From positions 630,001 to 662,000 of the forward strand of contig OY843585.1 in NCBI GenBank assembly GCA_963692945.1: 32,000 nucleotides of DNA, written 5' to 3'. This document shows, in pieces, positions 1 through 8,588 of the stretch. Position numbers and translations under genes: made by a program. Under the pieces are notes generated by a model that did not search any database, was not told the origin of the DNA, and saw only the letters and a list, made by a program, of their open reading frames with translations. Within the stretch, counting starts at the first letter, position 1. The number at the start of each line of letters is the position of its first letter. This DNA comes from Bdellovibrionales bacterium. Lineage in GTDB: Bacteria > Bdellovibrionota > Bdellovibrionia > Bdellovibrionales > UBA1609.

Positions 1-1
1 G

Positions 2-892
2 CTTCCTCGTCTTATTGAAGTGAATACAAATGCTTCAGGTTTTTTACTTGTGAATTCTTTATATCAATTTCATAAATTAAATCATCTTCAGTCTTTAGAA
101 AGTCTAAAAAACTCTTTTGAACAAGAATGGAATGTCTATAGCTCTATGAACGGGTTTCAAAATATAAAAAAACCTCAAAAAGTGATTCTTATTGATGAAA
201 AACCTTTGGAACAAAAAATGTTTATAGAATTTCTTATGTATAAAGATTTTTTTAAATCTATGGGTTGGTTTTTAGAAATTTGTGACAGTTCTTCTCTTAA
301 AATCAATGAGGAAGGTTTTTTAGTGAATTCTAATTTGGAAAAAGTGGATTTTATTTATAATAGGAGTACAGATTTTTATTTTAACAGACATCCCCATCTT
401 TTAAAAGTTTATGAAACAAATAAGTGTTGTATAAGTCCTCATCCTAGAGAGTATTTTTTATTGTCCGATAAAAAACGTCTTTGTTTTTGGTTTCTTGAAA
501 CCGAAAAATGGCCTTTATTGAAATCTATAGAAAAACACCTTATCCCTTCTTACTTTGTACAGGCCAATCAAGAACAGGAAAAAGAGGAGATTTGGAAAAA
601 CAGGAAAAAGTATTTTTTTAAGTCCACAACGGGTCATGGTGGAAAAATGGCTTATAGAGGTTCCGGTCTAACTCGTAAAAAGTATGAATTTCTTTGCGAG
701 GGTTCTTTTCTATTTCAAGAGTATATTCCTCCTTCTATTTGGACGGATTCCAAGGGGGAAGAGTGGAAAATGGATTTTAGAGTTTTTGTTTATAGAGATC
801 AAATACAGCAATTGGTGGCCCGTTGTTATAAAGGGCAATTAACTAATTTTGGAGAGCCTGGAAGTGGTTGGGCTGCTGTTCGGGTGGATTGA
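2..892 (+). CDS. Glutathionylspermidine-synthase-like / circularly permuted ATP-grasp amide ligase (5' end lies outside the window)
   Basis: The frame is open from nt 2 (LPRLIEVNTNASGF...), so the GTG at 20 is probably internal. Motifs resemble the GSP-synthase/ATP-grasp family: 'EVNTNASG' (E-x-N-x-D/N-x-P/S-G), 'SPHPREYFLLSDKKRLCFW', 'YFFKSTTGHGGKMAY' and C-terminal 'DFRVFVYRDQ..ARCYKGQLTNFGEPGSG'. Stop TGA at 890-892. Confidence 0.5.
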   Translation, partial: LPRLIEVNTNASGFLLVNSLYQFHKLNHLQSLESLKNSFEQEWNVYSSMNGFQNIKKPQKVILIDEKPLEQKMFIEFLMYKDFFKSMGWFLEICDSSSLKINEEGFLVNSNLEKVDFIYNRSTDFYFNRHPHLLKVYETNKCCISPHPREYFLLSDKKRLCFWFLETEKWPLLKSIEKHLIPSYFVQANQEQEKEEIWKNRKKYFFKSTTGHGGKMAYRGSGLTRKKYEFLCEGSFLFQEYIPPSIWTDSKGEEWKMDFRVFVYRDQIQQLVARCYKGQLTNFGEPGSGWAAVRVD

Positions 893-985
893 TTTGCTTT
901 AAGGAAAAAAGTTGACAATAAGTGCTAAATATTTTTCTTTCTTGAGTTCTTAGTCTTTTTCTTTTTTTAATTAAACAGGGTAATT

Positions 986-2590
986 ATGAAATTTAAATTT
1001 TGGTCATCGCTTTTCATTTCCGTTTTTTTTCCTTTGTTGGTTATTTGTGTGTGGGGAGTTTATTTTATACAATCCTATGAATCTCAAACTCAGGAAAAAT
1101 CTATAAAAAATAATCTCAAACAAGAACAGATTTTTTATTTTAAATCTTTAGATGCTAAACTTTTATTTTTAGAGAAAAAGGTGCAACAAGTTTTTGAAGA
1201 GCAAAAGATAAAAGATGTAAGTCCTCTATTTGCTCTAATGGTTGTAAATGGTTCTCAAAATAAAATTACAAAGAAGTATTTTTGGGATGGTGAGGATTCT
1301 CCATTTAAAAAAAGTTTGACTTCCAACCAAGAAAAGTTGGTCTATTTTGTAAAAGGTATTGAGAGATTATCTAAAGATTCTTTTCAATTTGATACTTTTT
1401 CTTTCAATAAAAAAGATAAAATGAATGTAATTATTTTAGATGGAAAACGTTTTCCTCCTCTAAAAAAATCAAATCATCTAGTCGTGGTGTTAAGAGATAA
1501 TTATTTTTTTCAAGTGGATTCTCTTTTTTCTGAGGAAAATTCAAAAAATGAAAAAGTATTTCTTGTAAATGGTCAAGGACGATTGTTTTTTCATAACGAG
1601 GTTCAACATTTATTTAAAATTTTACCGAAACAGTCTTCAATTAGAGAATCCATTCAAGACTTTTATTATAGTCGTAACAAACAGAAATGGTTTTTAAAAA
1701 CTTCTAAAAGTAAAAACAGGACAGACATAACTTACATTCAGAAATGGAAAGACAAGGATGCTTTTTTAGTAACTAAAACCTATTTTTTTCAACCCTTATT
1801 TGTTTTTAATTCTTGGTCTTTAAAATGGAGTTTGTTTTGTTTAGGTGTTTTTCTGCTTATTTTTATGGGTTTAATTTTCACAGTCTCTCCTCTTTTTTCA
1901 GCTTATAATTATTTAAAGTCTTTTTTTATTTATTTTGCAAAAACAGGAGAGCCACCTTCTTGGAGTCAAAATATAAAAAATCCTTTTTTGTATTTTTACA
2001 ATAATAGAAGTGAACAGATTCGATCTTTTCAAAAAAACCAAGAGGTTTTTGATAGGAATTCTCAGTCTCAAACCTTTCAAAGTTTATTGCAAGAAGAGGT
2101 TAAAAAATTAAAGTTTAAATACACTGGTCTTGAAGTTGTAGAGAAGCTGGAAAGCAATGTGAAAGTTTTTGGTTTTGAAAGTTTTATGAGGACTATTTTG
2201 CATGAGCTGCTTTTAAATGCCGTTGAATCTATGGGTGCTTATGAGACACAAAATATTATTATTTCTTCCAAAGAAGAGGATGGACAGTTTATTTTTAGTA
2301 TCAAAGATGGAGGAGTTGGACTTTTAGAAGAAGAGTATAATAAAGCTTTTCAGTTGTATTATTCAACTAAATCTCAGTTAGGTGTTGGATTAAATTTAGT
2401 GCACTCTCTTGTTACTTCTAATGATGGAACTGTTGAGTTTTTAAACTCTCCTCAACAAAAAGGTTTAGAGGTGGTCATTACTTTGCCATTAAGTTGTTTT
2501 CTCAAAATGACTACAAATAAAAAGGGAAAATCTTTTTATCCTTTGAAAAAAGGTGAAAAAATAGAGGAATCTTCCAAGGTATCTCTTTGA
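986..2590 (+). CDS. Membrane sensor histidine-kinase-like protein (HATPase_c domain present, no recognisable H-box)
   Basis: 534 aa. N-terminal TM ('FWSSLFISVFFPLLVICVWGVYF'), then about 250 aa extracytoplasmic, then a second TM ('LFCLGVFLLIFMGLIFTV'). C-terminal GHKL ATPase boxes: N-box 'ILHELLLNAVESM', G1 'IKDGGVGL', G2 'STKSQLGVGLNLV'. No His between TM2 and the N-box. Confidence 0.65.
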   Translation: MKFKFWSSLFISVFFPLLVICVWGVYFIQSYESQTQEKSIKNNLKQEQIFYFKSLDAKLLFLEKKVQQVFEEQKIKDVSPLFALMVVNGSQNKITKKYFWDGEDSPFKKSLTSNQEKLVYFVKGIERLSKDSFQFDTFSFNKKDKMNVIILDGKRFPPLKKSNHLVVVLRDNYFFQVDSLFSEENSKNEKVFLVNGQGRLFFHNEVQHLFKILPKQSSIRESIQDFYYSRNKQKWFLKTSKSKNRTDITYIQKWKDKDAFLVTKTYFFQPLFVFNSWSLKWSLFCLGVFLLIFMGLIFTVSPLFSAYNYLKSFFIYFAKTGEPPSWSQNIKNPFLYFYNNRSEQIRSFQKNQEVFDRNSQSQTFQSLLQEEVKKLKFKYTGLEVVEKLESNVKVFGFESFMRTILHELLLNAVESMGAYETQNIIISSKEEDGQFIFSIKDGGVGLLEEEYNKAFQLYYSTKSQLGVGLNLVHSLVTSNDGTVEFLNSPQQKGLEVVITLPLSCFLKMTTNKKGKSFYPLKKGEKIEESSKVSL

Positions 2591-2591
2591 G

Positions 2592-3773
2592 ATGAATCGG
2601 ACTTATAAAGACTATTCTTTTCCACGATCCATCTTAGAAATTGATCTCAATAAATTAAAGAGTAACTATGATCTTTTAAAGAAGATGTGTTCTAATGAGA
2701 CCTTTTTTTGTTCTATGGTTAAAGATCAAGCTTATGGGCATGGTGTTATTCCTATCACTCAGGCTCTTTTAGAAAAAGGAGTTAAACAAGTTGGTGTTAT
2801 TGATATTCCAGAGGCCTTGCAACTTAGAGAGTTTATCAAAGAGCCTTTCGATATTTTAGTTTTTGGTCCTTTGTTAAGTGAAGAGAGTTTATCTTGGGCT
2901 GTTGATAACAATATTACTCTTGTTGTAAATAACTGGGTGGACTTAAAGCATCTGGAAAAAAGGAAAAAAATAAAAATACACTTAAAATTTAATACAGGTT
3001 TTTCTAGATTAGGATTTCCTTTGTCTGAAGCGGAAAGAATAAAAAAATTTTTAGATAAAAATCCGCATATTCAGTTGGAGGCTTTATGTACCCAACTCGT
3101 TTCTGGTGAAGAACTAACAGATACAAATAGTTTTTCTCATCAGCAAATCAAACAGATGCAAACTTTACAATCTGTTTTTCCTTCTACTTTTTTACATATT
3201 TTTAATACATCGGCCTTATGTTCTATTTATGTTAGTGGGTTGGTTGAAAAATTTTCTTCTATAGGTGTTCGTCCAGGGATAGGTTTGTATGGAATTAAAC
3301 CTGAAATTTATTTGACCGACAAATCTATGGAACAAAAATGGAGAGAATTGTTTTTAGAACCTATTTCTTGCTTAAAAAGTTATGTGGTCAATGTACATAA
3401 ACTCAATAAGGGGGATAAAGTTTCTTATTCTGGCTCTTGGGTGGCACAAAGACCTTCAACCCTTGTTACGATTTCTTTAGGTTATGGGGATGGATTTTTT
3501 AGAAGTTTTAACTCTCAAAGAGAAATTTTGTTTAGAGGACAAAGAGTTCCAATTGTTGGAGCTGTTTGTATGGATTTTTTTATGGTAGATGTTACAGATT
3601 GTTTTACAGGAAAAGAATCTGATTCCATTTTTTTAGGGGAAGAGGTTGTTATTTTTGGTCAACAAGGGGAGTCTTTTTTATCTATAGAAGATCAATCCCA
3701 AAAAGTAGGAACTATAGCTTATGAATTTTTGGTGAGATTAGGGGAGCGAGTAGGAAGAGTTTATATTCGTTAG
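2592..3773 (+). CDS. alr: Alanine racemase (PLP-dependent)
   Basis: 393 aa. PLP-lysine motif 'VKDQAYGHGV' (consensus VKAnAYGHG), 'SLGYGDGFFR', 'VCMDFFMVDVT' (consensus VCMDq.mVDv) and C-terminal 'IAYEFLVRLGERV.R.Y'. The ATG lies 1 nt after the stop of the upstream gene. Confidence 0.92.
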   Translation: MNRTYKDYSFPRSILEIDLNKLKSNYDLLKKMCSNETFFCSMVKDQAYGHGVIPITQALLEKGVKQVGVIDIPEALQLREFIKEPFDILVFGPLLSEESLSWAVDNNITLVVNNWVDLKHLEKRKKIKIHLKFNTGFSRLGFPLSEAERIKKFLDKNPHIQLEALCTQLVSGEELTDTNSFSHQQIKQMQTLQSVFPSTFLHIFNTSALCSIYVSGLVEKFSSIGVRPGIGLYGIKPEIYLTDKSMEQKWRELFLEPISCLKSYVVNVHKLNKGDKVSYSGSWVAQRPSTLVTISLGYGDGFFRSFNSQREILFRGQRVPIVGAVCMDFFMVDVTDCFTGKESDSIFLGEEVVIFGQQGESFLSIEDQSQKVGTIAYEFLVRLGERVGRVYIR

Positions 3774-3786
3774 AGAAAGGAATGAT

Positions 3787-5292
3787 ATGTATAAAAACGC
3801 ATTGGTAACCGTATCTGATAAAACAGGTTTAGTTGAATTTTTAAAGCCATTGATGGAAAAGGGAATGAGAGTTGTTTCTACTGGAGGGACTTCTAAATTT
3901 TTAAAATCTCATCAATTGCATGTTGTAGATGTAACAGAGCAAACTGGTTTTCCTGAGGTTCTTTCAGGAAGGGTGAAAACTTTACATCCTTATATTCATA
4001 TGCCTTTGTTGGCTAGAGAGTGGGAAGAAGAGGATCAAAAGATTTTAAGAGAACATAATTTAGAACCTTTTGATTTGGTTGTTTGTAATTTATATCCTTT
4101 TGAGAGTCATCAAGAAACGAGTGAAGATAAAGAGTTGGTAGAGTGGATTGATATTGGAGGGCCTAGTCTTTTGCGTGCTTCTGCTAAAAACTTTTTTACA
4201 ATAACGACTCTTTGTTCTCCTGAAGATTATGAGACAGTTAAAGAAGGAACAACTTTAGAAGAAAGAAAAAAGTTTTCAGCAAAAGTTTTTGAACATTTAT
4301 CTGACTACAATGCTCTCATAGCTAAAAGATTACAAAATAAGTCTAAAAATTTTGTTTTAGAATCAGATTATTTTAAAACCTTAAGGTATGGAGAAAACCC
4401 TCATCAAAAAGCGACTTGGTATAAAAAAAGGAATCATCGTGGCTTACATCAGTCTAAAATTTTACAAGGCAAAGAACTTTCTTTTAATAATCTTTTAGAT
4501 TTTTCAAATGGCATATCTAGTCTTATTGAGTTTCAGGAACCTTGTTGTGTAGCGATTAAACATAACAATCCTTGTGGGGTGGCTTGTGGGGCAGATGTCT
4601 TATTGTCTGTAAGTAGAGCTTTAGAGGCTGATCCAATGAGTGTTTTCGGTGGTGTTTTGGCTGTTAATTGTCCTATAGATAAAAAAACAGCAGAGAAAAT
4701 AATCCATTTTTTTCTTGAAGGTGTCATTGCTCCAGATTTTTCTCAAGAGGCCTTAGAGATTTTAAAATCTAAGAAGAATTTAAGATTGTTAAAATGGTCA
4801 GATATGAAGAATTTTAAGTTTGAAAAACAGACATTTAAGGAGATTATAGGAGGAATTTTAGTTCAAGATAGAGATCATCTTACTTTAGAATGGAATCAGG
4901 ATTGGAAAATCATAGGAGAAAAACCTACACCAAAAATTAAAGAGGATTTACTATTTGCTTGGAAAGTTTGTGCCCATTTAAATAGTAATGCTATAGCCAT
5001 TGTTAAAGATAAACAGACTTTAGGTTTAGGTATGGGGCAGGTGAATAGAGTAGATGCTGTCCGTTCATCTATTGAGAGAGCTAAGAAGTTTCATTTGAAT
5101 AAGAAAGAACACATTGTGTTAGCAAGTGACGCCTTTTTTCCTTTTCCTGATTCTGTAGAGTTGGCATTTCATGCAGGTATAAAGTGGATCATTCAACCAG
5201 GAGGTTCTTTGAAAGATGAAGAAATTATCAAAAAATCTCAAGACTTAAGTGTAAATATGGTTTTAACAGGTCAAAGACATTTTAAACATTAA
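3787..5292 (+). CDS. purH: Bifunctional AICAR transformylase / IMP cyclohydrolase
   Basis: 501 aa. N-terminal MGS-like IMPCH motifs 'ALVTVSDKTGL', 'STGGTSKFL', 'GRVKTLHP', 'VVCNLYPF', 'IDIGGPSLLRASAKN'. AICARFT motifs 'LRYGENPHQ', 'ELSFNNLLD', 'AIKHNNPCG', 'GGVLAVN', 'GMGQVNRVD', 'SDAFFPF.D', 'IIQPGGS..D'. SD-like AAAGGAA lies upstream. Confidence 0.95.
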   Translation: MYKNALVTVSDKTGLVEFLKPLMEKGMRVVSTGGTSKFLKSHQLHVVDVTEQTGFPEVLSGRVKTLHPYIHMPLLAREWEEEDQKILREHNLEPFDLVVCNLYPFESHQETSEDKELVEWIDIGGPSLLRASAKNFFTITTLCSPEDYETVKEGTTLEERKKFSAKVFEHLSDYNALIAKRLQNKSKNFVLESDYFKTLRYGENPHQKATWYKKRNHRGLHQSKILQGKELSFNNLLDFSNGISSLIEFQEPCCVAIKHNNPCGVACGADVLLSVSRALEADPMSVFGGVLAVNCPIDKKTAEKIIHFFLEGVIAPDFSQEALEILKSKKNLRLLKWSDMKNFKFEKQTFKEIIGGILVQDRDHLTLEWNQDWKIIGEKPTPKIKEDLLFAWKVCAHLNSNAIAIVKDKQTLGLGMGQVNRVDAVRSSIERAKKFHLNKKEHIVLASDAFFPFPDSVELAFHAGIKWIIQPGGSLKDEEIIKKSQDLSVNMVLTGQRHFKH

Positions 5293-5338
5293 GACTTATT
5301 AGTGACAAAAGTGGATTTTACTTTTTACTATAGAGATA

Positions 5339-7030
5339 ATGTCTGAATCTGTTAAAAAATATCTTATTCGTTCTTCAGGTCATATCTTAGGTCCTTATAA
5401 TAAAAAGGAAATTGAGAGTTTGATTGAGGATGGGATGTTATCCATCAATGATGAGATTGTGGAGCCTTTTTCTGTGGCTTTATATATTAGAGATCACTCT
5501 GAATTTGTAGATCTTGTTCAGTCTATGAGTGTAGAAAATCACATGACTAATCTTGTTATGAATCTGAGTGGAAAATTTTCTACGGTTACAAGAAAGACAG
5601 TTAAAAAACTTTTAAAGGATACACAAACTCTTACAGAACCTCTCAATAAAAAAGGAGAAGATTTATCTCAAGTAGAAGATGCTGATTTTAAATTGATAGA
5701 AGAAAAGATTCCTAAGAAACAAACAGATTCTTCCAAATATCAGACTATCAAAGAGAGTGAGCGAATGACTCGTAAAAAAGTAAAATCAGTTATGAGAAGG
5801 TTTTGGCAAGCTATTATTGTGTTTTCTTTATTTGTTGTTGGATTTATTTTTTTTAATGAATTTATTTATCCGTATAAGGAGAAAAAGAAATTATTAGAAA
5901 AAGTAAAAAAAGAAGGAGTCCACTTTTACAATTCAGGAAATTATTTGCAATCTTTTGAAATATTTGAAAGAGGTTCTAAGCAAAATATTTTAGGTATAGA
6001 AGAGAAGAAAATTTTATTAAATCTTTTGATGCAACAAAGAAAAACAGAGCAAGCGGAGATTCTTTTAAGGGAAATAGAATCATCATTATCTCCTTCGCAT
6101 GTTTTTTTAATAAAAGGTTTGATTGCTTTTTTTGAGAGATCTTACTCTGTAGCTGAAAATTTTTTCTTAAAAGTAAAGGGTGAAAATCAAGATATTGGTT
6201 TTATCAATTTGACTTTACTAAAATGGTTGCAGGAAGACCATCAATCCGTTCTAAATAAAACAAATGAAATGATCTCAAAAGGTTATGAAAGAGGGCTTAT
6301 TTTTTATCTAAAGAATTTTAGCCTTTTAAAAATGGGTATAGAAAAGAATCAAATTAAAAGTTTTATAAAAAATAATTTACAACTTTCTCCAGAATATTAT
6401 CAAGAGCTAACATTATTATTGGCTTATTTGTATATTGAAGAAAACAATCTAACCAAGATTGAGGAGTTAGTAAAAAATATTTTAGATTGGGATCATGATT
6501 TTTATAGAGAGTATAGTTATAATAGTTTAATACCTGTTGATACTCTCAACTGGTCTCTTCTTTTTCGTTACTGTGAAAAACTTTTTAAAATGAATACGGA
6601 AAATTATTTATTAACAGCTCTTTATGGTTTTTGTAATATAAAAATAGGGTCTAATGAAAGAGGACTCCAATATGTAGAAAAATCTAAAAATCAAAATCCA
6701 AAAGATGATCTTATCCTATCTGTTTTTGCTTATAATTTAATGAAGAAAGAATCTTTTTTAGAAGCAGAAGTTTTTTTAAATAAAATACAAAAATCTTCTT
6801 ATAAACTTCCTTATATTCTAAAAGCGAGGTTTTTTGAACGGAGAGGAAAATGGAATCTTGCTCTAAAACACTGGGAAGAATTAATTAAAAAGGACCCTTA
6901 TAATTTATCGGCTTTAGGTGGAATGGCTTTTGGTAATTATAAAATTAAAAATTATGATAGTATGAAAGTATATAAAGATCGTGGTCTTACTCGCTATCCT
7001 TATTATGTAAAATTACTGTCTTTACCTTGA
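5339..7030 (+). CDS. Membrane-anchored TPR-repeat protein with an N-terminal GYF_2-like module
   Basis: 563 aa. N-terminal 'YLIRSSGHILGPYNKKEIESLIEDGMLSINDEIVEP' resembles GYF_2/DUF4339. One TM ('FWQAIIVFSLFVVGFIFF'). The long C-terminal helical region has TPR-like periodicity (e.g. 'ARFFERRGKWNLALKHWEELIKKDPYN'). The function call is weak. Confidence 0.5.
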   Translation: MSESVKKYLIRSSGHILGPYNKKEIESLIEDGMLSINDEIVEPFSVALYIRDHSEFVDLVQSMSVENHMTNLVMNLSGKFSTVTRKTVKKLLKDTQTLTEPLNKKGEDLSQVEDADFKLIEEKIPKKQTDSSKYQTIKESERMTRKKVKSVMRRFWQAIIVFSLFVVGFIFFNEFIYPYKEKKKLLEKVKKEGVHFYNSGNYLQSFEIFERGSKQNILGIEEKKILLNLLMQQRKTEQAEILLREIESSLSPSHVFLIKGLIAFFERSYSVAENFFLKVKGENQDIGFINLTLLKWLQEDHQSVLNKTNEMISKGYERGLIFYLKNFSLLKMGIEKNQIKSFIKNNLQLSPEYYQELTLLLAYLYIEENNLTKIEELVKNILDWDHDFYREYSYNSLIPVDTLNWSLLFRYCEKLFKMNTENYLLTALYGFCNIKIGSNERGLQYVEKSKNQNPKDDLILSVFAYNLMKKESFLEAEVFLNKIQKSSYKLPYILKARFFERRGKWNLALKHWEELIKKDPYNLSALGGMAFGNYKIKNYDSMKVYKDRGLTRYPYYVKLLSLP

Positions 7031-7060
7031 GATAGGTAATGAGATAGGTAATGAGATAGA
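7029..7060. repeat. 12-bp tandem repeat GAGATAGGTAAT x about 2.6
   Basis: Direct reading gives GAGATAGGTAAT at 7029-7040, GAGATAGGTAAT at 7041-7052 and GAGATAGA at 7053-7060. It overlaps the TGA stop of the upstream gene and ends 3 nt before the ATG of the NUDIX gene. It contains TGA, TAG and TAA triplets spread over the reading frames. Confidence 0.85.
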
Positions 7061-7063
7061 TTT

Positions 7064-7624
7064 ATGAAAAAAAAATGGACTATTTTAAATGAAGAAAAAA
7101 TTTACTCCACATCTATTTTTAGTTTAAACCGTCAAGAATGTCAGTTAAGAAATGGTAAAATCATGCCTGCTTATTACGTTATGAACTTTCCTAATTGGAT
7201 ACATGTTTTACCTTTAACGGCTCAGAAAGAAATCATTATGGTTAAACAGTATCGTCAAGGAACTCAAGACTGGTTTTTAGAATTTCCTGGAGGTTCTTTT
7301 GATTCTAAAGATAAAGATCCTAAAGTTTCAGGTCAAAGAGAGTTATTAGAAGAAACAGGTTACAAGTCTAATCAATGGGAAGAGATAATGTGTATTTATC
7401 CCAATCCAGCGTTTCAAACAAATAAACTTTATATATATATGGCTTTTGACTGTCTTAAAACTCAAGAACCGCAATTAGAACCTTTTGAAGAATTAGAGTT
7501 AAAGGTTTTATCTTTTGAAGAGTTAGAGTGTTTATCTAAAGAAGGAAAAATAAATCATGCTCTTATGTTATCTTCTTTATTTTTATCTCTATCTAAAATT
7601 AAAGATTACTTTGATTCTTTATAA
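7064..7624 (+). CDS. NUDIX hydrolase (ADP-ribose pyrophosphatase-like)
   Basis: 186 aa. Nudix box 'GGSFDSKDKDPKVSGQRELLEETGY' matches G-x5-E-x7-REUxEExGU. Confidence 0.85.
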   Translation: MKKKWTILNEEKIYSTSIFSLNRQECQLRNGKIMPAYYVMNFPNWIHVLPLTAQKEIIMVKQYRQGTQDWFLEFPGGSFDSKDKDPKVSGQRELLEETGYKSNQWEEIMCIYPNPAFQTNKLYIYMAFDCLKTQEPQLEPFEELELKVLSFEELECLSKEGKINHALMLSSLFLSLSKIKDYFDSL

Positions 7625-7647
7625 CTTGTATTCATCTATAAAATAAA

Positions 7648-8547
7648 CTATTTAATTTTATTTTTAATATCTATAGATAAAGATTCTAGTTCTTTTTTGA
7701 GTGTATCGTTCTTTCTCAATTTTAAATCTTTAGGATTTTTGCCATCTAATAGATCTTTGACATATTTATTAAAAGCATAAATAGGTCCATAAACTTTATT
7801 TGAAAAATAAAGAGATAATCCAATGAGAGGGACAATAAGTGCAATAAGAACAATTAAGGAGTAATCAAGAAAAAGTTTAATAAATAACATTTTTTGATTT
7901 GAGAGTTCTATTTTTTGCAATTGATTTAAAAATTGATGGTTGAGTAAAATAAAAAAAGTGGAGACGTATGTAGCTGTAATAATGAAATAAAAAATAAATT
8001 CTAATTGTTGTTTTTTCATTATCAATAAAGTTTTTCTTTGTTCTATATAAGGCCATATTATTTTCCTATTTGAAATGATTATATAGATCAGTAAACACCA
8101 TGCGAAGGTTTGTAAAATATCGGAGCTATTAAAGTGGAAACTTATATTGGATCCCCATTTGTAAGTAATAAAATCAAAAACATAACCATTTCTGATTCGG
8201 TCTATAAGATTACTTGTCACACCAGCAAATAAGAGAGTCAGAGATAGGGTTAAGAGGTTTAAATTAGGAAAGTAATAAATAAATAAAATGTAGAGGTAAA
8301 TAAGGATACAAAATAAACCTGAAAAGATAACAAAAGATAAAATAGGCATTCCTAGTTGAAAACCAAAGATCCAATGAGAGTTGGTGAAAGGTTCTAGATA
8401 AAAACCAAGAAAAGAGGAAGTCTGTGTATTTTCAAGGGTAGAAGAAAGAATGTATTTTAAGAGTTGGTCACAAGCTAATACAACAATAAAAAATAGCAGT
8501 AAGTGAATGGGATAGATTTTCTTTAGAGATTTAAAAAATTTTATCAT
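7648..8547 (-). CDS. lspA: Signal peptidase II (LspA)-like membrane protein with an extra C-terminal 2-TM + HAMP-like extension
   Basis: 299 aa. The first about 165 aa carry LspA hallmarks: 'CDQLLKY', 'NSHWIFGF' (a degenerate N-x-G-A-A-F), 'NLIDRIRNGYVFDF' and 'FHFNSSD' (the two catalytic Asp contexts). Two further hydrophobic helices follow, then 'GPIYAFNKYVKDLLDGKNPKDLKLRKNDTLKKELESLSIDI'. Confidence 0.6.
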   Translation of the reverse strand: MIKFFKSLKKIYPIHLLLFFIVVLACDQLLKYILSSTLENTQTSSFLGFYLEPFTNSHWIFGFQLGMPILSFVIFSGLFCILIYLYILFIYYFPNLNLLTLSLTLLFAGVTSNLIDRIRNGYVFDFITYKWGSNISFHFNSSDILQTFAWCLLIYIIISNRKIIWPYIEQRKTLLIMKKQQLEFIFYFIITATYVSTFFILLNHQFLNQLQKIELSNQKMLFIKLFLDYSLIVLIALIVPLIGLSLYFSNKVYGPIYAFNKYVKDLLDGKNPKDLKLRKNDTLKKELESLSIDIKNKIK

Positions 8548-8588
8548 ATCTTATAATTTAAGCATTTTGTTGAATTTTTTCCAAGTTA

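Noticed and set aside
4533-4727. 64-aa ORF antisense within purH
   Set aside because: It is fully embedded in a gene with strong family motifs on the opposite strand. It has no RBS and a low-complexity translation, so it is an ORF-finder artefact.
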